A DNA stretch of 64,000 nt, from contig OX597827.1 of the NCBI GenBank assembly GCA_951406725.2, forward strand, positions 51,770,001 through 51,834,000, given 5' to 3'. The position numbers and the translations under genes are program-made. Positions 24,100 to 36,503 of the stretch are shown here, piece by piece. The DNA is from Octopus vulgaris. Its lineage: Eukaryota. Under the pieces are notes generated by a model, which ran no database searches, was not told the DNA's origin, and was given only the letters and a program-made list of their open reading frames with translations. Numbering within the stretch: position 1 is the first letter of the stretch; the number at the start of each line of letters is the position of its first letter.

Positions 24100-25830
24100 T
24101 CCTCAACTATAAAAAATTCAAAATGTCTTTTACATGAACTTATTTAGACATCAATTCATCAGTTCAGGATACACGGATTCTTTAACTATCCTAACAACAT
24201 CTATTTTTTTCATTGCACACTTCACATGGTGGAGTAGAGAGGATGATAGCGTTGGTTAGTTGGCATTTTCCAGAGTGATTTTAGTTCCTTTATTATATGC
24301 TCCATGTTGTAGAGCAGACAACATGTGGACATCACTCTATTGGGTGTAATATTTTGATTCCAGTAACAATAGTTATCATGTAGAGAAAGTTGATGGTGTC
24401 AGGTTACATATGAGTTTGAATGATAAGTATGGCTATCAGGTAATGATAGGCTATAATATCTATGGACAGCAGGAATTATATACTTTGCCAGCTAGGCCTA
24501 GGATGATATTCCTGGATTAGCAGCAACCAATAACTTAAAACTCATTAACAGAGCCTGCTTCTTGCGACAACAGTAGGATAGATTGGTTTACACCTATCAA
24601 TGTATACTGCATGCTGCTGTTGTGCAGATTCTTAGGGACGTAGATTTAACAATTACTGCCTACCAGAATAAGGAAGAGCCATCTCAATGATGTTCCATGT
24701 AGCATTAGGGAAGTTATTTCCTTGATCACAGAGTCTCCAGATAAGGCAGGACTGGGAGGTTGAGTGTTCTATGATCATACACTTGAAGGAATGTAAGAGT
24801 TATGTGAAGCTTCTCTTAAAGTCATTGGCTGTTATGTCCGTGCAGTGTCCCTTGATGTGATCGGATTGCAAGAAGGTAGCTAAACAGATCACAATCTTTG
24901 AGTAACAGGATCTCTCAATGGGCATTTGGAAGGATTTCTGAGTTACAGACTGGAGTGTGAAGGGAAGACTGTGTAGAAGAGTGTTGGCTTCTCTTTTAGC
25001 ATGCAATGTTGGGAGTGATATTATCTATGCATAAGTGTCTAACCTTGACGTTATGGGAATTAAAGAGTTTGTGATAACTATGAGTTCTTAGGAAATGTTA
25101 TCTAATTAGCATCAGGAATTTCCTAGCTATATTAGTGGAAACATTTAGCTTGAATAGAGAATTAAACCAGATTACCTTTCTCCTTCTAGCTCTCTTCAGG
25201 CTTAGAAGTGGCATGAGGAATCTACATATAAGTTAACTTATCACTAAAGCCACTCCTTGCCAGTGCCTCGATAAAATGGCTGTGAATCTGTTGAAAATCT
25301 ATTTCTATTAATAAAGTGGAGATGCTTCTGCTACTACCTGAGACTAGATTTCTAATTACAGGAGGGAAATTTTATGGATATAAAAAGTTTTCTCGTTGGG
25401 CTTTTTGTAGGGGTAGTACTTGCTTTTTCTGTGGTCTAGGGTTATGTCCAGGAAGTCAATCGTTAAGTTGGTCATAAAAGTTATAGTTAGGCCGAATTCT
25501 TTAAAGATATTTATAAAATTCTTCCTGAACTTATCAATGGTGTGGTTATTTATTTGGCTTGAGAACTGCCAGGCCACCATCCCTGTACAGTGTGAATTGT
25601 GAAAGTGCATACTTTTTCAGGTATCCAAGACAAGTTACTTGAGAAGCCAGCAACCTTAAACCTGTTGAAGTTTCCCATGAATATGTCGAACAGTAGGTTG
25701 TTTTCCTTGTTTTACACAGTAAGAATCATCGTGAAATAAGGAGCGGACTTTCGCGTGATTATAATCATTCTAATATCGCGGTCACCAATCCTGGTAAACT
25801 GTCTACCGAAGTTTACAACATCCCAAAGAA
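24100..25830 (-). mobile_element. Decayed Penelope-like element (RT plus GIY-YIG)
   Basis: Minus strand LFDIFMGNFN, YRDGGLAV, IDKFRKNFINIFKEFGLTIT...DFLDITLD...YYPYKKPN, then NPSKCPL...IVI and WRLCDQGNNFPNATWNIIEMALPY. Boundaries approximate. Confidence 0.75.
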
Positions 25831-26723
25831 TGAAGAACTAGTTGTCTCGTTAATGACTGATGATGCTAGATTAACAGATAGAAATGATAATGATGACGAT
25901 CTGGTGCTATCTGTCTCAAATACAGGTGTTTGACTATCTGTCAACAGTGAGAATATTGTAGCAGGACGCGAACTCGCGTTACTACATTGCGGATTTCAAG
26001 TCACAACATAGCAACGGCTTGATTATGTGTACAGCCGAGTTATTGTCCAATCAGAAGCCAGACATCATGCGAAAGATCATTCCGGAAGGCCCTGGATTTT
26101 TACTCTCCAATGATTATAAATAGAGTTGATTTTAGGCATAGAGTGTTCAAGTCGTTCCAATAACTGCATGCTTAAACCGATATGCAGTTGTATTGGCATA
26201 TATTAAGCGGCGCATGTATACATGTTCCTGTGTTTATCCGGCCCCAGTGGTAAATTTTGATATCCAGCTACTTTGCAGGTTGCACTATATTTGTTTCGTT
26301 TTGCTAACTTTACGTGCAGCGATAATAATCATGTTTAACTGTATGCTTGGTGTGGTTAAATCACTATACGCAGCTTCCACAAACCAACTAACAACCAATA
26401 ACAACAACAGCAGCAATACATCTCAGCAACTTTGATGTGACCCAAGTAACAGATTCATTGAAAAGTTGATATGGCGGCTTGGTTGCATATGGGAACGATA
26501 TACAGCCTAACCAAATATCCATTGCCCACCTAATCAAGCCACAATATTCAACAGAAAAAATTTTGACAGTTTTTATGCCAGTGAGGGCTTGTTGAAATTA
26601 GTAGCAGTTAGAAATTGTAGACAGTAAGAAATGATTGAATTTTGCACAAACTCAGAAGTATATCGCTTGTCCAGAATTAAAACAAAAAAGAAAATTGTAT
26701 TTCAAGAAAACGTAAGGATTAGT

Positions 26724-26863
26724 CTGTTGTGTCTGGGGAGAGCAATTTTCTTTTTACACCTTATAATTTAACACACACACCGGTAAAATTTCCATTTATT
26801 TTTTATTTTTATTTTCCAAAAATTTTCGTTGCGTCTTGCAACCTTTTCAATAGTCTTGACTCT
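26724..26863 (-). mobile_element. 140-bp retroposed insert with 12-bp target-site duplication and a variant hammerhead-like motif
   Basis: gtaaggattagt is duplicated at 26712-26723 and 26864-26875. Minus strand reads TTGAAAA-G-GTTGC-aagac-GCAAC-GAAA-ATT. Confidence 0.65.
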
Positions 26864-29122
26864 GTAAGGATTAGTATATTAGATTTTTTTAGAGCAATTG
26901 CGGATCGATTAACTATATCATTTAAAGGTGAATCAGTTGATCTGTGGTAATTTTCCAATACATTAAACAAATGAATTTATTATTTCCTGGTCCACGAAAA
27001 TGACATTGTTTTCACGTATGAAGAAAAACAAGTTACACAAAACGTAATGAAAGCGAAAAACGTTGATCGTTTTATTCTTGTTATGTTATATAATCTAAAC
27101 ATAGTATCCGTAAGCTTATAATTGACCATATATTGAAATATTGTATTTTACTGTCTATTATGTGAATCCAGTTAATTGCATAACAATTTAATCACTTGCG
27201 CAATGCGATTAATTGCAGTTGACTGTACAAGAGTTGAAGCCATAACATCGCAATTAAACTCGTTATATTCCAAACAACCCACAGCACCATACATACTCCC
27301 AACCTGCCAACAACAACTGCTTTTCTTTTGCCATCCCTGTCTGCTCCAGACACCTATCCACCACAGCAATATGGCAAAAAATACTCCAACTCTCCTTTGA
27401 TCATTTGTCCATTATCATCACTCCACACTCAAACACCACTGACCAAAGCCGTACCGCTTTTACAAACTTTTACAATCATTAACACAGGCATTGTAACTCA
27501 TACATTCAACAATATAATGCAGTCGTTAAAAAAAAATCTCCCACAAAGCAACATTAAAAATATGCAACCTTAATTACTTGATAAAAATAGCCATTCTAAG
27601 TAATAGAAATAGCCATTCTGATTAGAGCTAAAGACAATCTCAAACACAATACACCAACAACGCAACATAAAACAGCTAAACAAAGAAACAAAGAAAATGA
27701 GCTATATAAAAACAGAAAACCTGCAAACTTTTGTATTTAACAAACTATTAAATAAACTCTGTGTGTGTGTATGTGCGTGCGTGCGTGTGGTTTGATGTTT
27801 ATTGATTAGCCACAACAACGTCGAGTCTATAGTCCATGCCTTAGTCGCTTATTTACATTCAATAATAAGCAAATGGCCTTAGATACCTCGGGAATCGGCT
27901 AGAAAGTAGTACACGAAGAAGACAGAAACACAAAATGAAACACATGCAACTTTCAGGCCTCATTTTTTATCCTTTCATTGCACCAGACACTAAAAGCAAT
28001 CGGGAAATCTAAGGACTTAAAACCCTCACAGAAAAATCTCAAACAAGCACCTAAAGACTTGCTTTAACTAACATCTACAACTACGTGCTAATACTGACAA
28101 GTTCCCAGAATCAAGAAGCTGGGCATCATAGCACTTCTAAAATCCAACAAAAACTTTTCATCAATTTGTGTACATTCTCGAAATTGTTAGATCAAGCCGT
28201 TTTTAGGTAATGTCTTGATATTCGTAATGTAGCGGCGCGAGTTCGAATCCACGCTACACGTCATGGTCGTGTTGAATATTGACACAAGTTTTAATGGCTT
28301 AAGCACGGTTGGCATCTCTTTTACTCCTTCTTTCAACATACACACAACCTGGTCAAGTGATACTAGCAACACATCTTGTTTCAACCAACTATATACACCC
28401 GCCCTTCGTATCTTTAGTCAACACTGCACAAAAAGAAAAGATAGAAAAAAGACTAACATTCTTACAAACGAAAACTGTTCAACCTCTTACATTCATCAAA
28501 TACTCTGCTACGAACTTTTTCCTTGAACAATTGTAATGTATATTTTGCATTTTGTATTTCAAATTTCTAATTGTCCATTTTGCCTTGTCATATATATCGT
28601 TGCTAATATGCATAAGTGTCTTAAGTCCAAAACGTTGCTTTTTCAGAATACGAAAAAATAGTTTCACCATTCCATTTCTTTTAACATTAGCAACAGTTTC
28701 AGCTCAACAATAATACTTTGTTCGGTGCATAACATCATAACTCCATGCATGTATGATATTTTAAGTCAGAAATATTTTTGCAGTAAACTGTTTGAAGCAT
28801 GCTAAACCGTTGTACTACACTTTGACAATTTTCATATCTTGGCATCTGAAGCAGCTGGAGATACGATAGTCTGACCAAAAGAACCGGCTATTGCAAGCAA
28901 AATTAGATTAAAAAAAAAAAAAACGAATTTAGCCAAATTTTCTTTCCTCAGTCGAGTTCCAGATTATCTTTGCGATTTCGGCTGGTTATACTCGAGATTG
29001 CTCCAGTCTGGCCAGCCCCAAGGAAAAACTAAGTTAAGAGCATTAGATTCCTTGGAAAAAAGTAGCGAATGTATACGAAAACAAGAACGGAAAAACGGAG
29101 AAATGGTACACAAATACATACG

Positions 29123-29191
<69 letters not shown>

Positions 29192-29353
29192 GTTGTATAA
29201 AGTCAACAGAACGTGACAGTCCCGTAGAGGGAATTACACCACCGCTATATAGCCCTAGGAAGCATCGACACTTCCTGTCGGCTTTGACACATTTGCTGTG
29301 TCCTTATATTTGCAAAGGGGGAGGCAAGCATCCCCACCAGCTAGAACTAGCAA

Positions 29354-29399
29354 CCTAGAGACATGCATGTTTATGGGTCTTGCCCGTCGGCAGTCCAGG
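29354..29399 (-). ncRNA. Decayed hammerhead ribozyme motif in a (TA)n-flanked short element (~29190-29440)
   Basis: Minus strand CCTGGA-CTGCCGA-cGGG-caaga-CCCa-TAAAC-ATGCAT-GTC-TCTAGG. Helix I, palindromic helix III and GUC are intact; two core substitutions. Confidence 0.5.
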
Positions 29400-29451
29400 G
29401 TAGCGTGTCCTCGCTAGCGGTGATACTTACCAAGCCTTCGTAAATATATAT

Positions 29452-30967
29452 GTATTTACAGTGAAATTTATTCACTGGTCACCGTAATTAGAAATATTGA
29501 ATTTCTAAATGTCTCAACGAGACATTTCACTTTAAGTTCAATGGCTATTGCTTTCACTATAAGTTTTCAATCGCTTTTACAAACAACAACAACAACAAAT
29601 TAATGACAAAAAGAAGTTCACAATTACTGATGAAAGTAATTTCATACATAATTTACTGACAGAAGTAACTTCATAAATTTCACTTCAATCTGTACACTTC
29701 GTTAAATTTGGCCACAAATTTCTTATTTATTTTTTGCAAGGTTTTTTTTTTGACGGAATTACTGATAAAGGTAATTCATAATTTACTGACAGAAGTAACT
29801 TAAAAAATGTCACTTAAATACGTACACTTAGTTAATTTCCCTAAAAACGTCTTATTTACTTTTGCAACGGATTTGTGTTTTCCTGTTGTTAACGGCATTT
29901 TTCTCGTTCCTTCGATACTGGCTCTTTGGTTCACTGACAAATTTCACTTCAACCAGAACAATTCTTTATTTTCCTTAAAAATTTCTTATTTACTTTCTTC
30001 CCGGTCATATTAAGAAATATAATTTCCGTTACCCAGTTATTTTCACTGTTTACTATCTTCTGCACCCGTGTATTTCTGTATACGCATATAACCATGCCCA
30101 GAAGGAAAGTGTCAAATTTGTCTACAATGTCAAGGTCAGCCAAAAGAATATCTCTGTCCAGGGAAAGGGAGATAGCTACAGAAACGGAAGCATACCAAGA
30201 AACGAACAGGCTATGCACTACAAAAAGCCAGTGCATCTCAAAGTGATGAACAGTGGTATGCACGGCTGACAAGGAATAGGATCTCCACTGCAGAACGAAG
30301 AGCAGTTGCAAAAGCTCAGAGAAGCAACTTCTATGAAGCAGCTTTCCATTATGATCCAGCAGTTCATTATACAGACGACACTAGAGTTTCCATTGGTGCA
30401 ACGACAACTGAGTGCATACATTGTAAAGCCTGGAGAGACACCTGCACTGTACTGCAGTGATGGAAAGGTTAAACTCCCTGCAATCTGCCAACCTCCAGAG
30501 CCATTGAAGAAACTGTTGTCATCAACTGACCAAGATTCCAAGCACTTCCAAAACAAAATTAGACAATACAATGCTGCACTACAGATGACATCATTTGGAG
30601 TCACAAGAGATTCAATTGAGCCAGGATTCATGCAAACTTTCAAGAGCCAAGATCAAATTTATCATCGGATTGGCTCTCTACTACTCTGTCAAATGAATCA
30701 TCAAAATCGGCCTTTCATTGTTTTTAACCTGTACTTGTTTTTTGGTTACGAAATAAGCTACACAAAACTTGCTTTTGAATTATGTGTATTTACTTTTTTT
30801 TAACATTTCACTTAACGTCTATATTCAATGCTGGCATAGGTTGGAAAGTTATTAATGTAGAAAGTTGGCATCTCAGCTACTAGCAGTTGAGACTTGCGTA
30901 ATCTAGACGGTAATTTTTAAATATCATTATTCTCTTTAACCCGGGAAACGCCGGGTATTTCTGCTAG
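29452..30967 (+). mobile_element. Internally deleted Helitron (N-terminal Rep region joined to an intact 3' end)
   Basis: ORF 30306-30803 has YCSDGKVKLPAICQPPEPLKKLL...SKHFQNKIRQYNAALQMTSFG...QIYHRIGSLL. The 3' hairpin acccggg-aaacg-ccgggt is followed by CTAG (30964-67) then T. The 5' boundary is uncertain. Confidence 0.85.
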
Positions 30968-30969
30968 TG

Positions 30970-31006
<37 letters not shown>

Positions 31007-31121
31007 CGGTTGTGTTAACCTCACGATGGGGTGATTTCATCCAAGGAAATACTGGTTCAATACCTAGTATTTTGGGGGAATTAATTTCTTTAAACTAATA
31101 GGTGTATATATATATATATAT

Positions 31122-31498
<377 letters not shown>

Positions 31499-31592
31499 TA
31501 AACATGTAGTTTAAATTTATATAAAAGAAGAAATAGAAAATGGAGAATGGGTAGTTAATAATTACTTATTATTAACAGCAAATTAATCATCA

Positions 31593-31679
31593 TCCCTTAC
31601 AGCTGTTTCAATGAATACTCAGTAAATATTAAGTAAATATTAAAACTATATAACCTGAGTATAATATCTTCAGTGAGAA
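31593..31679 (-). ncRNA. Hammerhead ribozyme motif, partly decayed helices
   Basis: Minus strand CTGAAGA...atactcag/ctgagtat...GAAAC-AGCT-GTA-aggga: intact core, palindromic helix III ACAGCTGT and GUA triplet. Confidence 0.55.
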
Positions 31680-31765
31680 AAAATGTACCTTTTGATGTCT
31701 TATATATGTTTATGGATTCATTACAGTAGACTGAATGATACGGCTTTTGATTTCTATATAGTAAC

Positions 31766-31902
31766 CACTAGCGTAGCTGGAGTGTGTGCTGCCCCAGACT
31801 CCACAAAAAACAGATATTGCCTACAACTGGCCCCAAAGTGGTGTTCCTTTAAAAGTGCCTCCCGGGCGGATCGCTCCTATCCGCTCCTCAGTTACGCTAG
31901 TG
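31766..31902. mobile_element. Small MITE, hAT-like
   Basis: TIRs cactagcgtagctg / cagttacgctagtg; the flanking 8-mers atagtaac and attgttaa match only partially. Confidence 0.6.
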
Positions 31903-32135
31903 ATTGTTAAATGTTTGGGCGAGGGGTTTACAGGTCGATTGAAGATAAGATAGGGTAGGTAAATAGAATTAGAAAAAGAAAAAAACCTTATCTACTCACC
32001 GTCAGACGAAGGGAAAAAAATCTGCGTGATTTCTTGTGAAATTTATGATAGACTGACACTAGAACAATTAAACAATGACAGACCGTATTCTGAAGTGACA
32101 GATACAACTACGAGCAGGATTGAGAATCGAATTAA

Positions 32136-32136
<1 letters not shown>

Positions 32137-32188
<52 letters not shown>

Positions 32189-32253
32189 CCATGTAGTTGG
32201 TAAGCAAGCTACCTTATTTCATTTTATTTACCATACACACACACACACACACA

Positions 32254-32334
<81 letters not shown>

Positions 32335-32377
32335 CCATGTAGTTGGTAAGCAAGCTACCTTATTTCATTTTATTTAC

Positions 32378-32434
<57 letters not shown>

Positions 32435-32481
32435 CCATGTATTTGGTAAGCAAGCTACCTTATTTCATTTTATTTACCATA
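32137..32481. repeat. Three tandem copies of (CA)n plus a ~48-bp unit
   Basis: accatgtagttggtaagcaagctaccttatttcattttatttaccata repeated three times, each after a (CA)n tract. Confidence 0.9.
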
Positions 32482-32831
32482 AAAGCAGTATACAGAGTAG
32501 CTGTGGGCTGGACAAACACATTAATGAATGAAAATGAACTAAAATGAGAGACGAAACCCAACACCCGCTGATAGGATTTTTATCGAAAACATATTTTCTT
32601 TTTTTAAAAAATCAATATGAGGTTTCAAACCTCTTACAAGAAGGAGGCACTAAAACCTCTTACTTAACATATATTATTTAAAAAAACACACACACATACA
32701 CAATTGAGGTTATAAACCACTACAAATAATGCAACAAGATGAGGTTTCAAACCCTCTAACGAGGCTTTTTCACCTCCTACTCATCGCTATATCTATCATT
32801 ATCTTCAATGCCGCTTGAGTTCCTATATCCC

Positions 32832-33062
32832 TATTTCTTTACTACCCACAAGGGGCTAAACACAGAGAGGACAAACAAGGACAAACACACGGATTAAGTC
32901 GATTATATCGACCCCAGTGCGTAACTGGTACTTATTTAATCGACCCCGAAAGGATGAAAGGTAAAGTCAACCTCGGCGGAGTTTGAACTCAGAACGTAAC
33001 GGCAGACGAAATACGGCTACGCATTTCGCCCGGCGTGCTAACATTTCTGCCAGCTCGCCGCC
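32832..33062 (-). mobile_element. Full-length young tRNA SINE (Deu/Nin-like) with 17-18-bp TSD
   Basis: ttgagttcctatatccc is duplicated at 32815-32831 and 33063-33079; 5' end ggcggcgagctggcagaa on the minus strand. Confidence 0.92.
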
Positions 33063-33079
33063 TTGAGTTCCTATATCCC

Positions 33080-33625
33080 GCCATTTCCCATGCCTCACAC
33101 ATGTAGGACATGTAAGTCGTGTAAGATCCACCCGGCCATATGCGACATTCCTCTTCAAATCTTTTAAGCTTTTCCCACACGGGAAACCTTATGACCTCCA
33201 AAGCTATCTGCGGAGGCCATTCGGGATCCCGTGTGAAGGCCATATCTACAGTGTTTTTAATTTCTTCTACTATTTTTTCCACTTCCCCGTCCTTGTAGAA
33301 AAAGATAATTAATTCATCATCTTTAAGGGTGGGGCTCGTTTCTTCCACCATGGGTGGTACAACTTCGGGACATTCAGACGGCACATCATCGTCCACCTGC
33401 AATGACCCGTTCTTCTTCTTTCTTTTTTTTTCTTTTCTTCCTGACTTCGGGAGAGCGGAGCTCTTCCGCTTTGTCCGTAGTCTCTCCTCCACCTCCCGAA
33501 GCCTTAGGGTCCTTCGGCGAGCAACCATTGTTGCCCGCCTTCTCAACCACATCCACCTCTCCCTTTGACCGGGTAGGGGAGGTGGCATCCTGTGACTGTT
33601 CCAGGACCTTACCACGGCCCCGGGA
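33080..33625 (-). mobile_element. Coding-like fragment, probably a LINE ORF1 remnant
   Basis: GC-richer open frame (part of ORF 32989-33615) with a basic KKRKKK tract and EVEKIVEEIKNTVDMAFTRDPEWP; interrupted by the SINE. Family not recognised with certainty. Confidence 0.35.
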
Positions 33626-33798
33626 ATGTCAAGCTACTTACCACACAACCACTCCTGCACCTATACATACATACATACATCAATTATAATCTGCTTCTGG
33701 TTTTATTACTTGTGTGGAGGCTAATAAGTGTTAGGCTCAATCCAATGTCCCCAGGAGAGTGTTCTTGTGCGTATGTCAGTGTGTGTTTATATATATAC

Positions 33799-33852
<54 letters not shown>

Positions 33853-33854
<2 letters not shown>

Positions 33855-34033
33855 GACAGTCGTTGTCGGACAGTTTTGTTATTTCAACAAAACTGTCCGA
33901 CGAACGGGAACGTGAAACTCCGAGTAACAGGCTTTGTTGAATTTATGCTGCTTTTAAGTAAAGCATATTACTCTAACCCTGGTATTTGAGTACTCTTTTT
34001 TCCACCTTGTTTCACATTTATGTGTTTACTCCG
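33853..34033 (+). mobile_element. Short (TA)n-embedded element with a minimal hammerhead ribozyme (PLE end or retrozyme-like)
   Basis: The 3' part 33935-34033 matches the reverse complement of 49070-49170. 5' fold-back gtcggacagttttgtt / aacaaaactgtccgac. Confidence 0.75.
33883..33941 (+). ncRNA. Minimal type I hammerhead ribozyme
   Basis: Helix I ttcaacaaa-a-CTGT / ACAG-gc-tttgttgaa; core CCGACGA (33897-903); helix II ACG-ggaa-CGT; GAAA; helix III ACTC-c-GAGT; GUA triplet (A33926). Confidence 0.75.
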
Positions 34034-34456
34034 GTATATACACACACATACATATAGATATATTTATACATAACAAAGGGGCACATCTAAACATACATAC
34101 TTGCTTATAAAACTCTACACACATGAATAAATTCTACGTAACAACATAATCCCAAATTTAATCAATAAAAATTTCTCCAAAACACCTTCCCATAACAGCT
34201 CACCCTAAGGTCTAATTACCAGCCCCACTCAAATCCATATGCACAAGGAAAACTTTAAGCCAACAGAGACTATATAAAGCAAAGATTAGCTCTAATGCAT
34301 CGCAGTCCAACTATGGCTTAACTGGCTGGAACTTCGAAGTCACTGTCAATAATATTCTGGTTTAAGTATACACTTGTACTCTACAAAAATATAGGGTAAC
34401 CCCTAAGATTAACGTAAAATTGTTTATATTATAACTAAACATAAAAACAAACATTA

Positions 34457-34508
<52 letters not shown>

Positions 34509-34512
<4 letters not shown>

Positions 34513-35639
34513 ACGAGGGTGGGACCTCCGATTCGAACTGTTACGGAAATCCTCACACAGGCCCGTTCGATGCAGCGAATAAGTTACGGAAACTCGTCGG
34601 AGAGAGGAGAGAGAGAGAGATATATACACAACAACAACAACAGCAGCAGCCCAGAGGCAATCGAGAGAGACGCAATGAGGCAAGGCACAACTGGCTTACA
34701 TTCAACAACTAGTTTATATGACAATCAATGGTTACAACATCAAAGCATTTAAGGCAAACATTTAAAGGAGGACATGCACGTGACAACTCAATACATCATA
34801 CAACAGATCAAAGCATTTAAACATGCATGTAACAATATAACAGTCCGGTAACGACACAACAAGGTCATATACAGTATTTCAAAGGTACATGTCCGAAGAC
34901 ACAGTTCTTTATAATCTTTTTCTACACATATCAACACAATTCAGAACATAAATACCACAACTCAATAATCGACACATCGACAAGTCCTCTACTCAATTCA
35001 CAATGTTCTTTATCGACTACATCAGAGTCCTTCTTTTCACTGTCTCTTTATATCGTGACACGTATCAATACATAATCAAATACCTTAATTCCTAATTGAA
35101 TCGCCAGTGTCCCATATTGCACTCCATCTCTCTCTCAATACTGCTAACTCCAGCCCGCCAGGCTCCTGAATCCAGCTGCTTGCTCCTAAGGTTCCAACTA
35201 CTCCCTTTGACTTCCAAAATCCGACTGTCTTCTTTGACGACCGAGTACCAACTACCAAAACCTCACTTCCTCTCTCTTCTTCCCACTACCCTCTCTATCT
35301 GCTCTGGTCCCCAACTGCCTATCTCTATCGCCCGCTGCTGCTACCCTCTCATGACAGCTCTGCCATACTCTCTGCCTGTCCTTCTCTGCCCCCTAATCCT
35401 CTCTCACTGCTAATATCCTCTCTATCTGCTCTCAGCCCTTACTCTATCTTTTTCTCACTACTGCTAGATTCTTCCTCTTCTTCAAGGGGTGTCTAGAACG
35501 ACCCCTAATTCGCCCGCACAAGGTCAGAGGTCCCATTAATCTCCCAGTAAACAAAGGACCGTCTCTTTTCTTCCAGACATGCCAGCGCCACCATTCCAAA
35601 GTGGGTCACCAAGAACTGCACTTAGCCAAACTCATAACA
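34509..35639. mobile_element. Solo LTR (Gypsy-like), 1131 bp, inserted in a (TA)n tract
   Basis: Ends TGTTACGAG...CTCATAACA (inverted, TG..CA) with ATAT on both sides; no credible coding capacity. Confidence 0.75.
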
Positions 35640-35665
35640 ATATATATATATATATATATATATAT

Positions 35666-35860
35666 CCTTTTACTTGTTTCAGTCATTTGACTGTGGCCAT
35701 GCTGGAGCTCCGCCTTTTAGTCGAGCAAATCGACCCCAGGGCTTATTCTTTGTAAGCCTAGTACTTATTCTATCGGTCTCTTAATCCGAACCGCTAAGTT
35801 ACGGGGACGTAAACACACCAGCATCGGTTGTCAAGTGATGTTGGGGACAAACACAAACGC
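35666..35860 (-). mobile_element. 3' half of a CORE-type SINE
   Basis: cttttacttgtttcagtcatttgactgtggccatgctggag...gaaccgctaagttacggggacgtaaacacacc. Confidence 0.85.
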
Positions 35861-35864
35861 ACAA

Positions 35865-35895
<31 letters not shown>

Positions 35896-35911
35896 TACAT
35901 ACATACATACA

Positions 35912-35976
<65 letters not shown>

Positions 35977-36064
35977 AATAATATATAAATATATGCATAT
36001 ATACATACATATATGTACATACTTACATCTATATGTATATATACATGCATATATCCAGCCATTC

Positions 36065-36503
36065 ATCGACACCTGCATTCCATCGAAAAACGACCGTCTT
36101 TGGTTTCAAGGCGAAAAGTGTTCTTCCATCAGGATAATGCACGGCCACATACAGCATGGATGACATTCCAAATGCTGGAGCAGTTTGAATAGGAAACGAT
36201 GCCCCACTGTCCATATCCGCCACACATTGCCCCATCTGATTATCATTTATTCCGCAGTCTTCAAAATCATTTGGACGGAAAAAATATGAATTCTGTAGAT
36301 GAGGTCAGAACAGTACTGAAGGAGTATTTTTCGTCACAGACAAGTGAATTTTGGAAGAGGGGCCTGACAAGTCTACCGATAGATGGAAGAGCAGTGTAGA
36401 AAATGAAGGAGAGTATATTTTAGATTAATAAATAGCTCTGATTATTTTAATTTCGAAAAATAAAAGAAGTATAAAAACTGCATTATTTATGGGATGACCT
36501 AAT
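36065..36503 (+). mobile_element. Mariner 3' fragment
   Basis: HQDNARPHTA and PHCPYPPHIAPSDYHLFRSLQNHL; TIR-like cattatttatgggatgacctaat at the end. Confidence 0.85.

Noticed and set aside
28940-29020. Minus-strand GGCTGG/CCAGCC-GAAA-TC...GATA resembling half a hammerhead
   Set aside because: No CUGANGA-like core in the right position.
32137-32481. Repeat-spacer-like pattern resembling CRISPR
   Set aside because: The spacers are (CA)n microsatellite, the context is eukaryotic and there are no cas genes.
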